This document shows, one piece after another, positions 38,129 to 42,425 of a stretch of 42,425 bases of DNA. The stretch is taken from positions 1 to 42,425 of the forward strand of contig CAVWIG010000045.1 in NCBI GenBank assembly GCA_963754945.1. The letters run 5' to 3'. The translations under genes and the position numbers were made by a program. The notes under the pieces are model-generated. The model worked only from the letters and a program-made list of their open reading frames with translations. It did no database searches and was not told the origin of the DNA. This stretch comes from Methanotrichaceae archaeon. Lineage in GTDB: Archaea; Halobacteriota; Methanosarcinia; Methanotrichales; Methanotrichaceae. Each line of letters opens with the position of its first letter. Within the stretch, counting starts at the first letter, position 1.

Positions 38129-38868
38129 ATGAAAACAGTAGTAGTCGATTGTCATAAGGAGGTTTTACCTTACTGGTTCAAGGAATACCTGAGACTGAAA
38201 CTTCCGCTAGTCGAGGTTAGAATTGATCAGCATCATGACATGAACCATGAATGCCCAGTGTTGCCCGCAAGAGAAGGAAGACAAATTCTAAATACTTTTC
38301 TGAAATAATGCCCTACATATTAGAATACACTAAGATAGAAATAAATGAAGCGAATTTTACCTGTCCTGCATTTCACTATGGGATTATAGGAGCCATGTAT
38401 CATTTTAACCCAAGAGGCGAGGAAATAGAAGCCTATGGAAGGGTTTCAGGCTCTGAATTCACAGACGCGCCCAAAACAAAGAGAGAAGCTGTATCGATCG
38501 GAGGAAAAATAAGAAATCGTATCCTGTGGGACGAGGCTCAAACTGAGTTGAGAATCCGGGGCGGAAAGCCAATTCCAGTTTCTAAGAAAATAACAATGGA
38601 GGAATTTAGAAGAGACATTGAGGAGCGCAGTTTTCCGGTAGTGATAGGTTTTGATCTGGACGGCATATATGGGATTGGAGAGCATAAGCCGATAGAGGAA
38701 GTGCTGGAAAAAAGACTCGGAAGAGTCGAGCGACTGTTGGAATGCGTCTCTTCGCCTGCCTTTGCCTGTATCGCTCGCTCCCAGACACCGAGGAGATATG
38801 TGCCCGGCGAAATGGTGGATGGCCTACAGGAAGCTGCAACTAATCTCATTCAAACGATCTACACTTAA
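38129..38868 (+). pseudogene. Frameshifted hypothetical protein (UPF0489/arginase-like metal motifs)
   Basis: N-part VVD.H.EVL.YW...IDQHHDM (38129-38308) continues in another frame (NEANF.CPA...GFDLDG...IARSQTP). Confidence 0.65.
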
Positions 38869-38977
38869 GATTGAATGCTTTAACTTGCTGACTCCGCACT
38901 ATGGCCAAGGACCAATTGCAATATACTATACGGATACGGATCTCTATGAAGGTTTGCGAGTTCTCAAAACCACTAAA

Positions 38978-39426
38978 CTATTGACCAAGTTTCAATGGCT
39001 TTGGCATTAATTTGCCATTCATGAGATTCCTGAAGGAAATGAACAACGGCTCTGGCAAATCATCCATTTTAAAAGACCGCTTTCTGTAAACTCCGCGTCT
39101 CGGGTCTTCAATTCGCCTGAAGCCCAATCTGAACGGACCCAGACTGTTATGTAGTGGTTATCCAGCGCTATATCCTCGGTAAATCCCAGGACTTCCAGAT
39201 TTTCTATCTTCGCTCCGATTTCTTCCATTGTTTCGCAACGTGCGGTATCGAGGACGGATTCACCAAACTCGACATGACCGCCGGCAGAGACCATTGTTCC
39301 AAAACCGTACGACCCTGAACGCTTAACCAGGGCGACTTTGTCTCCTTTCCATACCAGTACTCCAACTCCTACTTTACAGGCATTCGCTCCATTATCTCCT
39401 TTCAACTGTCCTTGCCTTGCATCCAA
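38978..39426 (-). pseudogene. Nudix hydrolase with a C-terminal frameshift
   Basis: Nudix box GGHVEFGES...AR.E..EE.G; the expected DDLPEPLF tail is in another frame after ~39070, ending at 38978. Confidence 0.7.
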
Positions 39427-39431
39427 AGAAC

Positions 39432-39734
39432 TTATTGTCTGCTCATCTTCAGATTATCGATCTCACGATCTATCCGCTTCTCCTCCTCGGTCAGATCAGG
39501 CTCCTCCATCTCATCTGCCGCCTTCTTAATTACTACTCCTACCATTATGCCTTTCAGAAAGGCATGGCGCTCCTCTTCATCGATTGTTTCTACGACCCTG
39601 TTCATGTACCGCTTCAGAGTCGTTCCAGCGATCGACCGAAAGGCGTTGAGTTCGTCCAAGACAACTCTTTGCTCATCCTGTGCAAAACCGAAGCCCTCAA
39701 GAAAGGCTATTAGATCTTCATCATTCCCGCTCAT
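39432..39734 (-). CDS. Hypothetical protein (100 aa, acidic, helical)
   Basis: ATG start, plausible composition, 5 bp upstream of the Nudix gene. Confidence 0.7.
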   Translation of the reverse strand: MSGNDEDLIAFLEGFGFAQDEQRVVLDELNAFRSIAGTTLKRYMNRVVETIDEEERHAFLKGIMVGVVIKKAADEMEEPDLTEEEKRIDREIDNLKMSRQ

Positions 39735-39794
39735 GGCCTGGAGAATTGTCTTAGTTGTAATTCTTCTTTTTGATATGAAAATGATTGACCAATA

Positions 39795-40020
39795 CTATGC
39801 AGCTTCCACCTTTGCCACCGTATATCCAGCCTTTTCAAGTGATCTAATCATCGATCGCTCTCGTCTCTTCGCTGCTCTTTCGACAACCACCTCAGCACCT
39901 ATATCTTGATAAGGCTCTCCTGTTTTGAGGACATAATAGATATCCATTAGCATACGATGCGCTACGGCTACAAGAGCTCTTTTTTTGCCTCTCCTTCTGA
40001 CGATATTGTGATAGAATACA
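39795..40020 (-). pseudogene. IS110-family transposase C-terminal fragment
   Basis: Hand translation gives FYHNIVRRRGKKRALVAVAHRML..IYYVLKTGEPY.D.G...LEKAGY.V...AA*. Confidence 0.85.
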
Positions 40021-40893
40021 TTCTGTACTTTCCAAGTTTCTCCTTTATTTATATTTTCTAAATTATATCAAATTATATTTTCAATCCCATGCTTCTGAGT
40101 ATATAAAGCAATCCGCCTTCCGGTACGGGTATATTAAAATACATCAGCACATATTCAAATGTTTCACCTAATGCTTGCATTTTTACTAGGTCGATCATGT
40201 CGCCCATAGTTCTTGGATTTGAACCGTCCCCAGATGGCGGATTGTCTATTTCCCATAAGAGAATCGCAGTCCATACTGAGAAGACTAGCTGAATAAATCT
40301 TTCAATTGATTGTTTTTCTCTTAATTGGTAATCTTTGAATCCTAATTTTTGATTTGTCTCTCTGTGGGCCGTCTCGATATCCCATCTATCCTCGTAAATT
40401 GAGAGTATTTCTTTCGACGAAAGCGATTCATTAGTGCTTATAAAATATTTTGTAGTGCTCTCCTTTTTTCTCTTTGAGACTACAAGTTTAACTTCGCCTA
40501 CCTTGTCTATGACTACCTTCTTTTCAAATGCATAGTAGGTCTTCTTTTTGCCCCGAACACTAATAGTTGTCTTAATAAAATACTTATCCTCAATTTGGTT
40601 TGCTAAGTCTCTAACCTGAAAACACATGTCCTTATTTATCCTGATTTTCTTATCAGATTTGATTTGGCAGACTATATTATGCCCTAATTTGAGACACTTG
40701 TTAAAGAGATCAGAAGAAAACCACCAGCTATCGAAAACGATATAAAGGTCCATGCTTTTTGGTACTTCTAATGGTTCAATGATCTCGTCCAAGGCAATCT
40801 CCATTTTTGTTCTAAAATTCTCATTTTCGTCATCATTCTTGATATACATCTTAGCTTTATGTGGTATGAATAATCCTTTGGATTGGATAACAG

Positions 40894-41882
40894 TGCTGTG
40901 TCGCATGATTATTATAGTATTATTTCGTCATTCAAGAATTCATAATTTATTTTAACTAATTACTTATATGCTCCTAAGTATATCATACAAAATGAATGCT
41001 CTTTTAATCTCGGCGACCATTCCTTCGGGTGAAGATGCCCGAACCGTCTCACCAAAGATACGCTTGATCGATGAGAAGAAGCCTTCAACTGCCCACCTTC
41101 TACCGTACTGATGCATTTGCTTCCAACCCTTGTAGCCCATTTTTTTGAATTCCAGAACAGCTGTTGACCTGGTTGATGCATCTTTACCTACTATCGCGTT
41201 CTCTCTGATCTTAATCCCTGGACAATCTACACCTTTCGATTTCATAAATTCAAATGCGTCGTTTGTGTCATATGCGCCATCCATCAACCCCTCCTCAATA
41301 TTGACGTCTTTCAACAAAGGGCGCAAAACCTCGCTATCCGAGGTGTCTTCTTCGGTAACTTCCATAGACAATAATCTCTTTGATTCAACGTCGACTGCCA
41401 CATGAACTTTAAGCCATCCTCGCCGCTGCTTTCCGTGTTTCTCGCGCATCCAATCCCCTCTATTTGTTACCTTTATCCCAGTTGAATCAACTGCAACAAC
41501 AGCGTCGTTCTCTGGTATCTCTATTCCAAGATCTTGCTTAGAGATTCGCTTATGGAGGGTGGTATAATCTGCCGCCACCAATCCTGGTTCATAGGTCGAA
41601 AGTCGTCCAAAGAATCCTTCAAGTTGACGATATGGCATTCGAAAAAAAGAGTATATTATTGATGCAAAAGTTATAAAAGTGTTAGGGTATTTGTATGGAG
41701 CGCCTGTTTTCTTTCTATTCATTTCTCTTAATTCCCAACTCCAGTTCTTCACACAACTCAAATCGAGATAGAATTCGCCTCTTCGAACAAGTTGGGCATT
41801 ATATTCTGGCCAGTCTCTATTATCAACATAGTTCATGATATAATATTTATATTTAAACTATTTAAGCTTAATCGACACAGCA
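40894..41882 (-). mobile_element. IS5-family (IS903-like) element with an 8-bp target duplication
   Basis: TIRs TGCTGTGTCG / CGACACAGCA; TSD GATAACAG at 40886-40893 and 41883-41890. Confidence 0.93.
40964..41836 (-). CDS. IS5-family transposase
   Basis: W.EYN..L..RG, VDSTG.K, W.K.H.AVD, DGAYD, Y..RW.VE..FS..KR.FG. Confidence 0.93.
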   Translation of the reverse strand: MNYVDNRDWPEYNAQLVRRGEFYLDLSCVKNWSWELREMNRKKTGAPYKYPNTFITFASIIYSFFRMPYRQLEGFFGRLSTYEPGLVAADYTTLHKRISKQDLGIEIPENDAVVAVDSTGIKVTNRGDWMREKHGKQRRGWLKVHVAVDVESKRLLSMEVTEEDTSDSEVLRPLLKDVNIEEGLMDGAYDTNDAFEFMKSKGVDCPGIKIRENAIVGKDASTRSTAVLEFKKMGYKGWKQMHQYGRRWAVEGFFSSIKRIFGETVRASSPEGMVAEIKRAFILYDILRSI

Positions 41883-42425
41883 GATAACAGAGGTAACAAA
41901 ATTGTTACCCCAAATGTAGGTTTCTTTACTATGATCATAAAATTTTCCTACACCTTCCGTTTGAGTTCCTTCCTTCTCATTGTATGTGTCATCAATTATT
42001 AACAACATTCTATCATTTTCTTTTAAACATAATTTCTCAATAAAAAGGTCCACTTTGCGTTGAGCAACTTCATCCTCGTCCCAATTCGCATCGCTAAAGA
42101 ACCAATTGTACGAAGAGCGTGCTTTTTTTCCTTTCCTACATTCGGCCATAGTATCACAAAGGTTGGAAACGGTCTTGGATTTATCACACACGCTTAACGC
42201 TCCACACAAATCTCGAAACGATCCATAACTCGGTTTCGTAAAAAGATCCTGAAATTCATTCAAGAACGGCTCTAATTGTAATGGTACCTTTATTATTTTG
42301 ATCATTCTACTCCCAAAAGAGAGAATTTGATCCTAGTATAAAACCCTTACTTTTTATTTTTTTTATTAAATTTATATTCTAATTTAATCTGATGATATTA
42401 TAAATATACGAAAAAGTTGGAAAGT

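Larger units (their letters stand above)
40023..42425 (-). mobile_element. IS701-family element, interrupted by an IS5-family element; runs to the window edge
   Basis: Ends ACTTTCCAAGTTT (~40027) and AAAGTTGGAAAGT (window end) are inverted matches. The transposase is split into 42305-41883 (IIDDT) and 40893-40073 (FDSWW, RWDIE). Confidence 0.88.

Noticed and set aside
1-42425. CRISPR array, rRNA or defence system
   Set aside because: No regularly spaced repeats, rRNA-like sequence or cas/defence-gene motifs were seen.

Overview
Archaeal DNA, inferred to come from an aceticlastic methanogen of the Methanothrix/Methanotrichaceae type. About 1-28 kb is GC-rich core genome. It holds a complete ACDS/CODH operon (cdhA-cdhB-cdhC, two tiny ORFs, cooC, cdhD-cdhE) between two halves of a cobamide nucleotide-loop cluster (cobD, Cys-rich protein, cbiB; cobZ, cobS, cobY). 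Further along are MJ1244/NifU/LSm/TFE-beta-like genes, aIF1, a vWA/BatA pair, a fwdG-B-D module, argF, and an RND/S-layer-like/RDD unit with a divergent GbsR/MarR regulator. About 28-42 kb is AT-richer and IS-riddled: an MFS pump, a Usp, an iron-sulfur flavoprotein gene split by two IS630 elements, two head-to-head IS5 elements, several frameshifted genes, and an IS5-in-IS701-in-IS110 nest. The most notable signal is a pair of paralogous 60-aa Ala/Pro-linker proteins inside the ACDS operon. They look like the CdhC C-terminal tail encoded as separate genes, while CdhC itself ends in a helix-turn-helix-like domain. Also notable: an uncalled 57-aa peptide ending G8-C-G-G after cdhE, a symmetric intergenic region with candidate sRNAs after argF, and a probable CTG start for cobS. 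All calls are from motif recognition by eye; no searches were run.
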